Notes under the pieces: model-generated | Told to the model about the DNA's origin: nothing | What the model saw: only the letters and a program-made list of their open reading frames with translations | Databases searched by the model: none | Shown here: piece after piece, positions 7,064-15,564 of the stretch | How the letters are laid out: each line of letters opens with the position of its first letter | How positions within the stretch are numbered: position 1 is the stretch's first letter | Made by a program: the position numbers and the translations under genes | Virus record (IMG/VR): IMGVR_UViG_3300028610_001217 | Length of the DNA stretch: 37,301 bases | Source: a virus | Taxonomy: Duplodnaviria > Heunggongvirae > Uroviricota > Caudoviricetes | Direction: 5' to 3' (one strand)

Positions 7064-9879
7064 ATTACACCTCTCAATATCTTGATGAACTCCGCCGTCT
7101 TTTCGTAGCCGTTTGTATTTTGTTTAAGCAAGCCGTTAAGCAACATAAATCTCGTCCAACCTTCGCAAGTCTGTTTATCTTCATCCAACCAAATAATCAT
7201 ATCCTTCACCCTAACATACCGGGTGTTGTAAAACAGCTCCCGCAACGTTTCTTTATCGGCCAAAAACTCCTTAATTTTCGTTAAGCGTTCTTCAACCTTA
7301 CGCTTGTTTGCCAGTTTAGTGTCACTGTAGTGGGAATAGCCTAAGCTGCCTTTGTTGTAAATCTCATATAAAAACTCTACCACCTTGGTCACGTGGGCAG
7401 GCTCAACTATGATCTTTTCGCCGGTTTCGTCCGTACTGAAAAGCCTCGCCGCCATGGATACTGATAATCGGGCTATCTTGATTCGCTGATCAGCACCCTC
7501 AACTAAGGGGATAGTCGAACTAAAATTCTTGCCCATTAGTTTGGCATGCCCCAAGATAGCCTTAACTGCTTTCGGCTTAAACTCAATTTGCTCCGACCTT
7601 CGGCTCCAGGCCCAAAGAACTAGCTTATTGCAAAGATCAGCTGTATATATATGCTCCTTCTTATCTTTTTCGCCTTGGTTAATGATATCCGGGTCAACTT
7701 CTTCAGTGGCACAACTGATAGCGAAGTCAAAGCGGCTGATATCTTCGGGCTTACCGATAATATCCTTGATAGCTTCAATGCCGAAAGGGTACTCGCTAAG
7801 CGGCCTATTATCCCTGGGGTTACTGATCCAAATAAGCCTAGTTCTGGCGTGAGTTTTAGATGTTTGAACCATCGTAATTTCGGCAATACCGCTACTCCTG
7901 ATTCCCGACATTTCGCCTATCTTTGCTTGGCTTAAGCCAGTGACTTCATCAATAGCTACAAGCCTGCGATCATTTAGCGGTATTTTTCCCCAAGCAATAA
8001 GCCAACCATTTGCGGTTGGTATCATACCCCCAGTTAATCCGGCCTTACTTGAGCTTTCCCCCGTAACCATTTCGCCCACTCGGTAATGACTCATCAATGA
8101 TTGAACAGCTTCCGTTTTGCCCGTCCTGGTGTCGCCTAAGAGCATGCACTCACACCAACCACGTTTGAGCCGCTTGCCTTGAAAGTTGAATGATAATCCT
8201 GAATGTATTACTAGATCTATCGCCATCAATAAATCATTACGGCCATATATTTGGGTTACATTATCTGTTAAATCTTCATGTATTTTCTTTAGCTTATGCT
8301 CAATAGCATCATCGTTAGGCGCACATTGAAAAACCTCAAGTTCTTTCTTTATCTCCGGTGTTAATTCAAATGCCATAACGCTATCTTGAGCCAACTCCGC
8401 TATTTCTATTAATAAGGTAGTGTGCTGAGTTTTGGGCTCAACGGTCGATAGCGCTACAAGCGTATATGATTGATTAGCTACAAGCCCGTGCCCCACATAA
8501 AAACCCATTGCTCGAACATAATTTTGTTCTGTTTCCCCGGCATCTACTTCAGGTATGAGGTGAACCATCTCAATATTCATATATCCTTTGGTTTCCCGGC
8601 TAACATTGCCGCAGCCTTTGAAGACTGCTGCTTTTTTTCGTATAACTTCCCATAATCTATCTTTGTTGACATTAATCATTTCTAAAACAACTGGATCTTG
8701 AGCGTTAAACTCTTGAATCTTTTCCCCACTATATTGCAGGCTGCACAAGGTACACTTTTTGTCACCAGGTCGATCGCATTTATATTTAACTTTGGAGGGA
8801 ATTGTAAATGAGGATTCCCCCTTCCCGGCTACAATTGCATTTATTCTACACCTCTTGCCTGTGAGCGCAGCCCTATCGGAAGTGCTTAAGTGCGTATCAA
8901 TTGGGAAGTCCTTACCTTTTTCTTTTTCAGTTTGTTCATAATCAGGCGATCGTGCCATCAAGCCCTGGAAGTCTTTCTTACCTTGGCCATTACCGTGGAA
9001 ATAATCAGTAATGTCTGAACCCTTTTCCTCCAAAGGTAGCAATACAATCTTGGTAACACTGGCTACCCTAAATAAGTTTTGAGCTACCTTTCTGGCTCCG
9101 GAAGTGCCCGGTGCATCAACGTCATAACAAATATAAACTTCTTTGCCCTTAAATAAGGCGTTCCATTCTTCCTTCCAAGTACCCGCTCCGCCCGTGACAG
9201 TAACTGCGTTGAACCCTAACTGATTGGCAATAATGGCATCCATCTCGCCCTCGCATATCAAAATAGTATCATCATCTAAAGAAGTAACCGGGAATAGCCT
9301 TGCTGCGCCATGCCCCCGCTTGTAAGACGTCATCTTAGGTTCTTTGCCCTTAGCTCCCGGTTTGTATTTACGAACGTTTACAATGCGTCCTTGCGCGTCC
9401 TTGATGGGGATAGTGAGCCGCTCGAAGTCCCAACCTAACTGGTATTTCTTTATGGTTTTTTCCGATATTCCTCGTTTAGTTTCAAGCCACTTTTTCTTCT
9501 TAGAAGATTTCATTAAGGTTTCGTGCCAAGCCTTAACTTCTTTTTCTAGAGTTTGATATTCTTTCTCAGTTCTAATATTGACCTTGATAGGCTGTTTGGG
9601 TTGCTTCTTCTGAGGTTCATCATCGTCAACCCATTCGCCGGTAGCTTTTTCAACTGCCTTCTTAGCGGTGGGAAAATTACTATTATGCTGTTTACGATGA
9701 AAGTTATAAGCATCACCGGCCTCACCGCAGGCAAAGCACATATATTTGCCGGTTGTCAAATTGATTGACATTGAGGGGTTTTCGTCTTTGTCGTGAAAGC
9801 AGCACGATACCTGATTTTCACCTTCTTTGTTTCTTAGTTTTTCGAAATATTGTTTATAGAATGAGTAATATTTTGCCAT
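7060..9879 (-). CDS. DNA primase (CHC2 Zn finger plus Toprim) fused to an MCM-like AAA+ helicase
   Basis: CCFHDKDENPS...CFACG; ICEGEMD and YDVD Toprim; CDRP...CTLC Zn site; GDTRTGKT, IDEV, arginine-finger SRFD. Confidence 0.9.
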   Translation of the reverse strand: MAKYYSFYKQYFEKLRNKEGENQVSCCFHDKDENPSMSINLTTGKYMCFACGEAGDAYNFHRKQHNSNFPTAKKAVEKATGEWVDDDEPQKKQPKQPIKVNIRTEKEYQTLEKEVKAWHETLMKSSKKKKWLETKRGISEKTIKKYQLGWDFERLTIPIKDAQGRIVNVRKYKPGAKGKEPKMTSYKRGHGAARLFPVTSLDDDTILICEGEMDAIIANQLGFNAVTVTGGAGTWKEEWNALFKGKEVYICYDVDAPGTSGARKVAQNLFRVASVTKIVLLPLEEKGSDITDYFHGNGQGKKDFQGLMARSPDYEQTEKEKGKDFPIDTHLSTSDRAALTGKRCRINAIVAGKGESSFTIPSKVKYKCDRPGDKKCTLCSLQYSGEKIQEFNAQDPVVLEMINVNKDRLWEVIRKKAAVFKGCGNVSRETKGYMNIEMVHLIPEVDAGETEQNYVRAMGFYVGHGLVANQSYTLVALSTVEPKTQHTTLLIEIAELAQDSVMAFELTPEIKKELEVFQCAPNDDAIEHKLKKIHEDLTDNVTQIYGRNDLLMAIDLVIHSGLSFNFQGKRLKRGWCECMLLGDTRTGKTEAVQSLMSHYRVGEMVTGESSSKAGLTGGMIPTANGWLIAWGKIPLNDRRLVAIDEVTGLSQAKIGEMSGIRSSGIAEITMVQTSKTHARTRLIWISNPRDNRPLSEYPFGIEAIKDIIGKPEDISRFDFAISCATEEVDPDIINQGEKDKKEHIYTADLCNKLVLWAWSRRSEQIEFKPKAVKAILGHAKLMGKNFSSTIPLVEGADQRIKIARLSVSMAARLFSTDETGEKIIVEPAHVTKVVEFLYEIYNKGSLGYSHYSDTKLANKRKVEERLTKIKEFLADKETLRELFYNTRYVRVKDMIIWLDEDKQTCEGWTRFMLLNGLLKQNTNGYEKTAEFIKILRGVM

Positions 9880-9908
9880 ATAGGCACACTTTCTACTTTA
9901 TTGGTCAC

Positions 9909-9937
9909 TTTAACCCTCTCCTTTTGAGAGAGTTAAA
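9909..9937. repeat. inverted repeat upstream of the primase gene
   Basis: TTTAACCCTCTC-CTTTT-GAGAGAGTTAAA, 11 of 12 positions pair. Confidence 0.6.
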
Positions 9938-9985
9938 TAGATAACTAAATAATAAATACTAAATAATAGATAAATAGAAAAAAGA

Positions 9986-10006
9986 AATATCTATGATATA
10001 GATATT
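9986..10006. promoter_or_regulatory. perfect 9-bp inverted repeat, operator-like
   Basis: AATATCTAT-GAT-ATAGATATT within an AT-rich tract. Confidence 0.45.
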
Positions 10007-10019
10007 CCTAATAAAATGA

Positions 10020-10140
10020 CAAGCCCTAAGGGTGAACCCCAGTAAGTCCGAAAGGAGGAGATTGTTTGAACAGTAACAATCTCAAAAAAGGAGAGCCCGG
10101 TCACAGGCAGAAACTTACTGAGGTTCACTCTTGGGGCTTG
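10020..10140 (+). ncRNA. putative structured RNA: 28-bp closing helix capped by a multibranch junction
   Basis: 10020-10047 pairs with 10113-10140 (25 Watson-Crick, 2 G.U, 1 mismatch on +); inner 9-bp hairpin 10058-10083. Strand inferred from G.U versus A.C asymmetry. Confidence 0.6.
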
Positions 10141-10249
10141 AAGGTTTATTGTATACGCTCCTTTCTTTTTCTTTCCGTGACCACCTTACAATAACTATCA
10201 TAATACATAATGTTGTGCCATAACCAACTATTTTCAGAAAGTTTTAAAA

Positions 10250-10705
10250 CACCGCTCGCTACCTACAAAAACGCATTAGACATATCACTTTTACATATTT
10301 TACACATATGCCTATTTGTGTAATTAGGGAATTACTATTAACGTAATAATAAGAACCCGCAGGTTACGGAATCACGAAAAAAATTATTGACCCCCGGTGA
10401 GGCAGATTTATTTTTCAAAAATAAATTTTCACTAAAAGTTTATTACCCTTTAGGGGTCACATAATTTTTTTTTCACGTAACCCCCGGTAGAGCGCTTGTC
10501 AACTTTTTTCGCCGCTCGCTAGCGTTTTAAGAACCCCCTGGTAGCAGCGTCGGGCTAGACATACCGCCTTTTTTCGCAATGTTTAAACCGTATTCGCAAT
10601 GCTTACGGACTTCACAAAAGCGCTCGTATAAGGATCACTATTTCAAAAACCTGTTTCATGATGCTTATTGACTATGTCTCCGCCTTTTTAACTACGCTCG
10701 CTTAC
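10250..10705. repeat. non-coding region with short dispersed repeats; candidate replication origin
   Basis: CGCTCG(C/T)T x4, ACCCCC(T)GGT x3, TTCGCAATG x2 spaced 20 bp, A/T tracts; no ORF of 60 aa or more; next to the primase-helicase. Confidence 0.45.
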
Positions 10706-10716
10706 TTATTTTAACG

Positions 10717-10750
10717 AGAAAAAGACCGGGCAGTTTGAAGCCACCCGGTC
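10717..10750 (-). terminator. intrinsic terminator after the SSB gene
   Basis: On the minus strand GACCGGG-loop-CCCGGTC followed by TTTTT. Confidence 0.8.
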
Positions 10751-10778
10751 AATTTTGTGCTCAATATTGCGCCACTAG

Positions 10779-11192
10779 CTAGAACGGAATGTCGTCGCTA
10801 ATCGCTTTTCCTCCGAACTTTTTGTCGCTCGCATTAGTTGCCGAAATGATGTTCCTAGTATTGCCCCCGTAAGTGTGTTGCGTAAATGTAGCCACGAAAT
10901 TCAAGCCACTCAAAGACGCGGGATCAAAGTTCCAATCATCCCTAGCTTCAGGGACGTCGATTCCCATCCCCCTAATAATCGGGAGCGTCCGCCAAAGAGC
11001 ATTTTCGGAGAACGGAAGCCAGTCACGAATCATTTGCCCCTCGTAGTTTCCTTCCATAACCTTTACGTCAATTTGAACACTAACGTTGCCGGTTTCTTCT
11101 TTTTCTTTTTCGATAGCCTTTTCCACCTTCACCTCATAATCACCGTCAGGCAGAAGTGCGCCGCGCTCGCTGTTTGTGTTAACCCTTACCAT
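10779..11192 (-). CDS. single-stranded DNA-binding protein, DUF669-like
   Basis: LLPDGDYEVKV start, OB-fold-like pattern, C-terminal DDIPF tip. Likely ATG at 11192 (track ORF extends to 11222). Confidence 0.8.
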   Translation of the reverse strand: MVRVNTNSERGALLPDGDYEVKVEKAIEKEKEETGNVSVQIDVKVMEGNYEGQMIRDWLPFSENALWRTLPIIRGMGIDVPEARDDWNFDPASLSGLNFVATFTQHTYGGNTRNIISATNASDKKFGGKAISDDIPF

Positions 11193-11919
11193 CTTTTTTC
11201 TTGTCCCCTTCCAGGTATCCAAATATCTTAGACATTGTTGGGTCTTCCATTACATCAGGAAGTTTCCCCGTTCTATCCCCAGCCGCAATATGCGGTATGC
11301 TGGTGAACAGAAGTTTAGTCTTTACTCCATCGTCAGTTTGTTGCTTGTACATCCGAGCACATATATCTATGTAGCCTATAACCTCTTCAGGCAATGACTT
11401 CCCGACGATAGCTGGCACTAGCTTGCTGCCAACGTCTTCATCCTTTTGAAGCTTTTCCCAAGTCACGAAAATAACATGCATCGGTAAGTCACGAAAACCC
11501 TTAATCGTTCTCACCAACAAATCCATAGTGCGACCATAATCACTTTGACCCGGCGAATCTCCATACGGTCGTTTAACGCTGGCAAACTCATGGATCGTAT
11601 GCCGCATAATCCTATCCTCTAGATCCCTAAGGTTATCAATTATGACGGCCTCATAACCGCTATCCCCCTTTGCCAAATATTCGTACAACTTCAACATTTG
11701 AGGATATCCACCCTCAAGCCGAACACCATCTAGGTGAGGTATGTCCCGGTCGATTGATTTTGTGCCACTTTCGGTATCAATCAAGAGCGTCCGGTATTTT
11801 TCCCCCATGGTTGAAGCAAGTCGAGTTTTCCCAACTTTTGGTTCACCGTAGATAATAATGCTGTAAGTTTCTTCTTCTTGAATATCGGCTATCGGCTTAA
11901 TTAGTTCTTCAATTCCCAT
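11179..11919 (-). CDS. AAA_24/Sak4-type P-loop ATPase (phage recombinase)
   Basis: IYGEPKVGKT, LIDTESG, VIIDN, DYG; sits between SSB and nuclease. Confidence 0.88.
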   Translation of the reverse strand: MGIEELIKPIADIQEEETYSIIIYGEPKVGKTRLASTMGEKYRTLLIDTESGTKSIDRDIPHLDGVRLEGGYPQMLKLYEYLAKGDSGYEAVIIDNLRDLEDRIMRHTIHEFASVKRPYGDSPGQSDYGRTMDLLVRTIKGFRDLPMHVIFVTWEKLQKDEDVGSKLVPAIVGKSLPEEVIGYIDICARMYKQQTDDGVKTKLLFTSIPHIAAGDRTGKLPDVMEDPTMSKIFGYLEGDKKKDGKG

Positions 11920-11929
11920 CTTTCACCCC

Positions 11930-12994
11930 CTAAGGTAAATAATCTGCTTCTTTAAACAAGGCATTAACTACGTCTTCAACACCGCCCCCAGCGATCTTAA
12001 CCTTACAAAGAGAATTGTAAGAACAACTTCTACACCAATGAGACGGCGTCATAATAGGCTCTCTTTGTCCTACCTGCCGCATTAATTTAGCAACAGACTT
12101 CAGCGATTGAACGTCATGATTAATCTCGTACTCATTCCGGGTAACGCGCTCAATGTGGTTGGTCTTTATCGGGTTAGTTTCAAGGTAATCAAGATACTCC
12201 TCATAATCAACCTCTTGGAGCCCTTCTCTCTCAATGGCTGCCCGATAAAGCCTCGGTGTTGTCAATTGGTTTTTTGCCACACTTAACTTTTTGTTCTTCA
12301 AGACTTTAGGCTCAGACAACGCAACTTTCTTCAAAAAATTGTACTCAATCCTAGGGCGCACCCAACCATAATGTTCTTTCATCATTAAGGAATAAACAGT
12401 AGGCTGTGTGTCTAGTTGTAAATCAATGTAGTTGTCGTAAAGGCTGCTTGCCGTTTTGTGTTCACGGATAAGCGGCGTTCCGTCAGGGAGCTTGCCCAGT
12501 AAATCAATGTGTGCCTTAAGCACAATATTCGTTCCGGGCAACCGAAGTTCAAATTCGCACTCCACATCAATCACGGCAAAGTCATCTTGTTCTAGCGCAA
12601 ACCGATGATACTGATTCAGCATTGAAACGCCTAAATGGAAGTCTTCCTGAGCACGCTCTTGGGCCTCAAGATCAAACTGATTGTCCGGCAACGTAAGCAG
12701 ATATTGCATTTCTTCATCGTACTTATCTGCGAATTTTGCTAGGGCTCGTGCTCTGGCTTCACGGTAAGCTTCTGGCTTAGTTACAACACCCCGTATTCGA
12801 CCATCGTTCATCAAATTTTTAATCGTCAAATAGAACTCAGCCAATGCTTCATGGATTAAGCTGCCCAACCATAGGGAGCGCGGTGTTACTTTCGGCCTTA
12901 ACCGACGAACGAACTCCCAATAATATTTAGCTTCGCAACCCAAGTAAGAATTCCGCTTGCTGTTGCTAAGAACTTGTAGTTTCGGCACCTTCAC
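11930..12994 (-). CDS. PD-(D/E)XK exonuclease (Cas4/AddB-like)
   Basis: SNS...Y.GC, G..IHE.L, E.EF, HIDL, EHKT, Q..VY, C-terminal C..C.Y...C. Confidence 0.88.
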   Translation of the reverse strand: MKVPKLQVLSNSKRNSYLGCEAKYYWEFVRRLRPKVTPRSLWLGSLIHEALAEFYLTIKNLMNDGRIRGVVTKPEAYREARARALAKFADKYDEEMQYLLTLPDNQFDLEAQERAQEDFHLGVSMLNQYHRFALEQDDFAVIDVECEFELRLPGTNIVLKAHIDLLGKLPDGTPLIREHKTASSLYDNYIDLQLDTQPTVYSLMMKEHYGWVRPRIEYNFLKKVALSEPKVLKNKKLSVAKNQLTTPRLYRAAIEREGLQEVDYEEYLDYLETNPIKTNHIERVTRNEYEINHDVQSLKSVAKLMRQVGQREPIMTPSHWCRSCSYNSLCKVKIAGGGVEDVVNALFKEADYLP

Positions 12995-13157
12995 CCCCTA
13001 GTTCTTCAATCTCCGCTTTAAGCCCTTCCAGTCTTTCGATGAGGCTATCAAATCTAGCCTTATCAATATCGCCATTGCCGTAGGCTCTCGCTATCCTTCT
13101 TCGAAGGAACGCAATTTCTTCGTTCGCACCTTTAGACAATGTTTTTGCCACTTGCAA
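12966..13157 (-). CDS. small helical hypothetical protein
   Basis: Fills the gap between SNF2 and nuclease genes with overlaps; start uncertain. Confidence 0.6.
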   Translation of the reverse strand: MQVAKTLSKGANEEIAFLRRRIARAYGNGDIDKARFDSLIERLEGLKAEIEELGGEGAETTSS

Positions 13158-14805
13158 TCACCCTTTCTAAAACCTTCTTGTTGTCAAAAATCGACTTAAA
13201 CAGTTTTGATTTCCCGCTTACAGTTTCCTCAACTATTTCATCCACACTCCCCCTTACCACTATGTCATATATAGTCACATTTTCCTTCTGGCCTATGCGG
13301 TGCAATCTATCTTCTGCTTGCCCATTTTCGCGCGGCGTCCATTCTCTATCCAACCGAATACACCGACTCGCTCGGTATAGGTTGTACCCCTCCGCTTTCT
13401 TAATTGTGCCCAAGAATAACCGTCGCTTACCGGCTTGGAACTCTTCAATCAATTCCGGCTCGCCATCATACAAGGCAATGTCATTAGCCTTCAACACTTT
13501 GGCATCAATCAAATATTGTGCCAGGTAGCGTAGCGGCTTGCGGAACGCACTAAAGACAACCAGGCCATCTTCAGGTGCAGTGCTTTCCAATACATACTTC
13601 ACAAACTCAAACTTGTTGTTTTTCTTTTCAATGATATTCTCGTCAAGAGTCCTAGCTGACACCGTTATCTGCCTGAACCTTAGAAGCTGAGTGAGCACGC
13701 TTGATATATCGATAACTTCATCGTTGGATACCTTGACAAATAGATCCTCAAGAGCTTGCCGGTACATTTCTTTTTGCTGGGTTGTTAGCTCAACATAAAT
13801 CGTTTGGTGAGTCTTATCAGGCAAGTCCTTTAGGACGCCGGTAGAGCCCTTCTTAAGCCTCCTAATGGTCATGTGCCTTAGGTCGTAAGCAAGCTTATCA
13901 CTATGGGTCTTAACAACCTCGAGGCCAAAGCCATTGTGTCTCAGGTCACAATACTTTTCCATGAAGCGCCAATAGCTCCCGTACAAAGTAGGCTCTAATA
14001 TATTGAGCAATGACCAAAAATCCTCAGCCTTGTTCGTTATGGGCGTGCCGGTTAAGAAGAAGGCATAATCGCTTTTCACCTTTTTGACCGCCTTAGTCCT
14101 TTGGGATTTACGGTTGCCTAGATAGTGGGCCTCATCAACTATCAATACGTCAATGTCCTTGCGCTTTTGAAGTTCAGGTAGATCCCGCAAGCCTTCATAA
14201 TTTACGATAATGAAACCGCTCTCGTCAGCGCCAACTTCATCTAGCTGCTTTTGCTTAACCTTAGTTGATCCATCCAATACCCAAACTTTAGCCTTGGGCA
14301 ACCACATAGCTATTTCAGCCACCCAATTAGGCTTCAAATTATTCTTCACGACTGTTAACACCTTGCAGGGATTGCCCACCTCAATAGCAACAGCCTTGGC
14401 AGCCAATAAGGACTGAACCGTTTTCCCGAGGCCCATTTCATCCGCTAACACGCAACGCTTGGCAGTTATTAGGTACTGGATCCCCTGATTTTGATAACTA
14501 TAAAGCCCTTCTCTATATAGAGGGGCATTCTCGTAACCGTTTTTAATTATGCTATCAAGGGTTTCTATCTTATATAGTGCTGTTTGAATGTATCGCTCAA
14601 CTTGAGCTGTTGTGTCAACATTAATGCCTATGTCGTTATAGGCGTTAACAAGAGCTTGATAATTCTCTAAACCTAGCGGTATTTGCCAAAGCTGTTTCGC
14701 CTTAGACCAATTGCTACCCGGTATTTGTTTGGGGATTACCCTGAATTGATACTCCGTTTGGAGCCTGAAACGATTACCGCTAATAGACAGCTTTGCTAAG
14801 GTCAT
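13132..14805 (-). CDS. SNF2/SWI2-family helicase
   Basis: LADEMGLGKT, DEAH, LTGTP, R.HRIGQ motifs. Likely ATG at 14805 (track ORF extends to 14862). Confidence 0.92.
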   Translation of the reverse strand: MTLAKLSISGNRFRLQTEYQFRVIPKQIPGSNWSKAKQLWQIPLGLENYQALVNAYNDIGINVDTTAQVERYIQTALYKIETLDSIIKNGYENAPLYREGLYSYQNQGIQYLITAKRCVLADEMGLGKTVQSLLAAKAVAIEVGNPCKVLTVVKNNLKPNWVAEIAMWLPKAKVWVLDGSTKVKQKQLDEVGADESGFIIVNYEGLRDLPELQKRKDIDVLIVDEAHYLGNRKSQRTKAVKKVKSDYAFFLTGTPITNKAEDFWSLLNILEPTLYGSYWRFMEKYCDLRHNGFGLEVVKTHSDKLAYDLRHMTIRRLKKGSTGVLKDLPDKTHQTIYVELTTQQKEMYRQALEDLFVKVSNDEVIDISSVLTQLLRFRQITVSARTLDENIIEKKNNKFEFVKYVLESTAPEDGLVVFSAFRKPLRYLAQYLIDAKVLKANDIALYDGEPELIEEFQAGKRRLFLGTIKKAEGYNLYRASRCIRLDREWTPRENGQAEDRLHRIGQKENVTIYDIVVRGSVDEIVEETVSGKSKLFKSIFDNKKVLERVIASGKNIV

Positions 14806-14901
14806 ACCTCTATTATCGCCTACAGTGCTGCACCAAAGTACCCTTTTTAGAAGAAAATACAATAAATATTAGAAAAAACCTGAATAAACTTGTAAAAAGT
14901 A

Positions 14902-14930
14902 TTTACTTCCCTTATAAAATACTTTATAAT
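14902..14930 (+). promoter_or_regulatory. strong sigma70-type promoter (early operon)
   Basis: TTTACT-17 nt-TATAAT with an A/T-rich upstream tract; TSS expected near 14937. Confidence 0.85.
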
Positions 14931-14937
14931 AGAGTTT

Positions 14938-15326
14938 GTAAGCGAACCTTGACATAGTGAATCCGCCAGAACCGAGTGGTCAGAGCGGTGAAACAACTAA
15001 ATAAGAGCTCAGCCGAATGAACTCCGAAAACGTAGGGAAAGCCGAAAGGCGCGGAAGTAGGGCATAGGGAGAGCCAAGCAATAACAAGTTGCTAAGAGTA
15101 GCTGATTGAATAAAAATCCTTAGTTTGGTTCTTCAATCAAGCGACACGTTTAACGGCGTACCGTGGCGAGGCATGGCAACCAGCTGCTCCTTGGAACTTG
15201 TTAACAAACCGCTTACTTTGAATTGTCTCGGGAAACTAAAAGATTCCTAATCCCTTCTCACTAGGGGTGCGTAGACAATGGTGCAGTTACTCAGCACAAG
15301 AACCCAGGTGATTCAAAGTAGGCGGA
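14938..15326 (+). ncRNA. large structured non-coding RNA or leader, family not recognised
   Basis: About 400 nt without a coding ORF between promoter and first RBS. Helices: 15083-15104/15181-15202 (21 bp, two bulges), 15209-15224/15310-15325 (16 bp), several inner hairpins, GAAA tetraloop, repeated G.U pairs. Confidence 0.75.
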
Positions 15327-15351
15327 AAGAAGCGACCACAAGGAGGCACTT

Positions 15352-15552
15352 ATGTTGAAAAACGTGCAAATGAAAATCAGGCCGACCGAGGGCAGCCAAA
15401 ACTACACATTGTTCGAAGCCGGTACAAGGATCGAGCTCAGCTACACAAACCCAATCGACGGGAAGACGGCGGAAACACGCTACGTGACACCGGAGCTCAT
15501 CATCCAATTACTTGAGAATGCAGCCATCGACGCTTACACAGCAGAAAGCTAA
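15352..15552 (+). CDS. hypothetical protein, first gene of the early operon
   Basis: AAGGAGG RBS 5 nt before the ATG. Confidence 0.8.
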   Translation: MLKNVQMKIRPTEGSQNYTLFEAGTRIELSYTNPIDGKTAETRYVTPELIIQLLENAAIDAYTAES

Positions 15553-15564
15553 CGGAGGTCTTTC

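Noticed and set aside
10020-10060. AAGCCCTAAG (pistol ribozyme-like) and GTCCGAAAGGAGGAG (SRP domain IV-like)
   Set aside because: The pistol partner TTAGGGC hairpin is missing upstream and the motif is buried in the long helix. The SRP invariant CAGG/AGCAG internal loop is not conserved.
15010-15120. GCCGAA, AGTA, ATTGAATAAA and TAGGGAA recall lysine or cobalamin riboswitches
   Set aside because: Core motifs (AGAGGUGC; GCCACUG/B12 box) are absent, motif order is wrong, and no metabolic gene follows.
14940-15330. Group I/II intron, RNase P or tmRNA identity for the large RNA
   Set aside because: No P7 GACUA/S element, no domain V, no GAGGAAAGUCC, no tRNA-like termini, and no interrupted gene.
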